Below, one piece after another: positions 62,864-64,000 of a DNA stretch of 64,000 nucleotides. This DNA is from Octopus sinensis. Lineage: Eukaryota. The notes under the pieces were generated by a model. It did not search any database. It was not told the DNA's origin and saw nothing but the letters and a program-made list of their open reading frames with translations. The position numbers and the translations under genes are program-made. The number at the start of each line of letters is the position of its first letter. The first letter of the stretch is position 1. The stretch covers positions 68,138,001 to 68,202,000 of the forward strand of contig NC_043010.1 of assembly GCF_006345805.1 (NCBI RefSeq). Direction: 5' to 3'.

Positions 62864-64000
62864 TCTTTTAGGGATCGGTAAATCTTGAAACCCTTCGGAA
62901 AGAAAAGTCAAAGGCTGCCAGTGAGACACGTCACACATCTCCTGTAAGCACGACAGGTATTCTATCATTATATAAAATAAGTACCAGTTGAATACTGGGG
63001 TTGATTTAATCGACTTGTCCCACCCCCGAAATTGCTGGCCTTGTGCCAAAATTTGAAACCGTTATTTATTATCGTTATTTTTGTTGTTTCTAATCTTGGA
63101 AGTTTGAGAAGAAGAGTTCTGGTCAATTAAATCAACCTCAGTACATGACTGGTACTGTCGATAACGTACAGCAACCTCAAGCACTGGGTCGATGTAATCG
63201 TCTTTCCCCCTCCCCTCAAAATTGTTGGCCCTAAGCCGAAAATTCAGGCAATTTTTATTAGGAGGACAATAGATTGGCAGAATCGTAGGAACGACATAGC
63301 AAATGACTTGTGATATGTCTTTCGCCTTTTTACGTTCTAAGTTCGAATCACGCGGAAGTTCCCTCTTACGTTTTGCAGTTCATGCTTTCGTGCTCGATGA
63401 AATAAAAGTAGTGGAGCCAATATGATCGACTTACCCACCTCTACAAAATGTCCGGCCTTGCACATATATAAGAAATAATTATTATATTTAGGTTTTCAAG
63501 ACTGTACGATGTGGGTTGAAAAAGATTTTGCTGCTGTAATAGGCAGGTCAAAGCCTAATTCCTTGTTGTAAAGTAAAGGTAAGAAATGAGATGATCGGTT
63601 GGCCGTTAGTACAACAAAGCATGAAACGAAACCAAAGAGGGTCTCGAGGTCTCTGTGCGTTGACTCTTAGTGTCAGCCAGGTCGACCTCATACCGCTTCT
63701 AGCGTTTTAAAATTACATCATCATAGTGGCGTGATGTAGGTGGCGGGCGATGTATTCCCAACTGAATACCTCAGTAACAGCATAATAAAACTAATTTGGG
63801 CTCCGTTACGTCACAGAAATGACTGGACCTTCTGTGAACTTAGGAAACATTATGATCATTACAATTCAGCCATCCTCCAACGAGTACTTGAAAGAGAAGC
63901 AGCGATCTGTTTCTGAAGTGCAGCAACAGCAGACATTTCAAACTATATATCTTCCATCAATGTGTTTACAGCGAATGTACTCTTTTACTTGTTTCAGTCA

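Overview
Repeat-rich eukaryotic genomic DNA, most likely an octopus (inferred from the tRNA-derived SINE families and the dense (TA)n/(GT)n/(ATCT)n microsatellites). One protein-coding gene is supported: a rhotekin-family (RTKN/RTKN2-like) gene on the + strand with 12 coding exons at 4733-22136. All introns are GT-AG, the phases are consistent, and the product is 443 aa with HR1, anillin-homology and PH domains. Its start codon was not found and is probably upstream of the window. The rest (about 23-64 kb) is intergenic transposon debris: several SINE families, RTE and Tx1/L1 LINE fragments, a Tc1 transposase remnant, piggyBac/hAT/mariner/pogo-type MITEs, a Helentron-like element and a 100-N gap. 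The most notable observations are: (i) three fold-back elements within 58.6-62.8 kb with outward-facing hammerhead-ribozyme motifs, two of which have an intact catalytic core, plus a further candidate at 47.1 kb; (ii) a 42-bp 3' tail shared (36/42) between a Tx1/L1-clade LINE and one SINE subfamily, suggesting a SINE-LINE partnership; (iii) a 13-unit minisatellite built from the exon-7 splice donor itself; (iv) a tRNA-like cloverleaf buried inside a repeat. All calls are by eye; no searches or folding programs were run.
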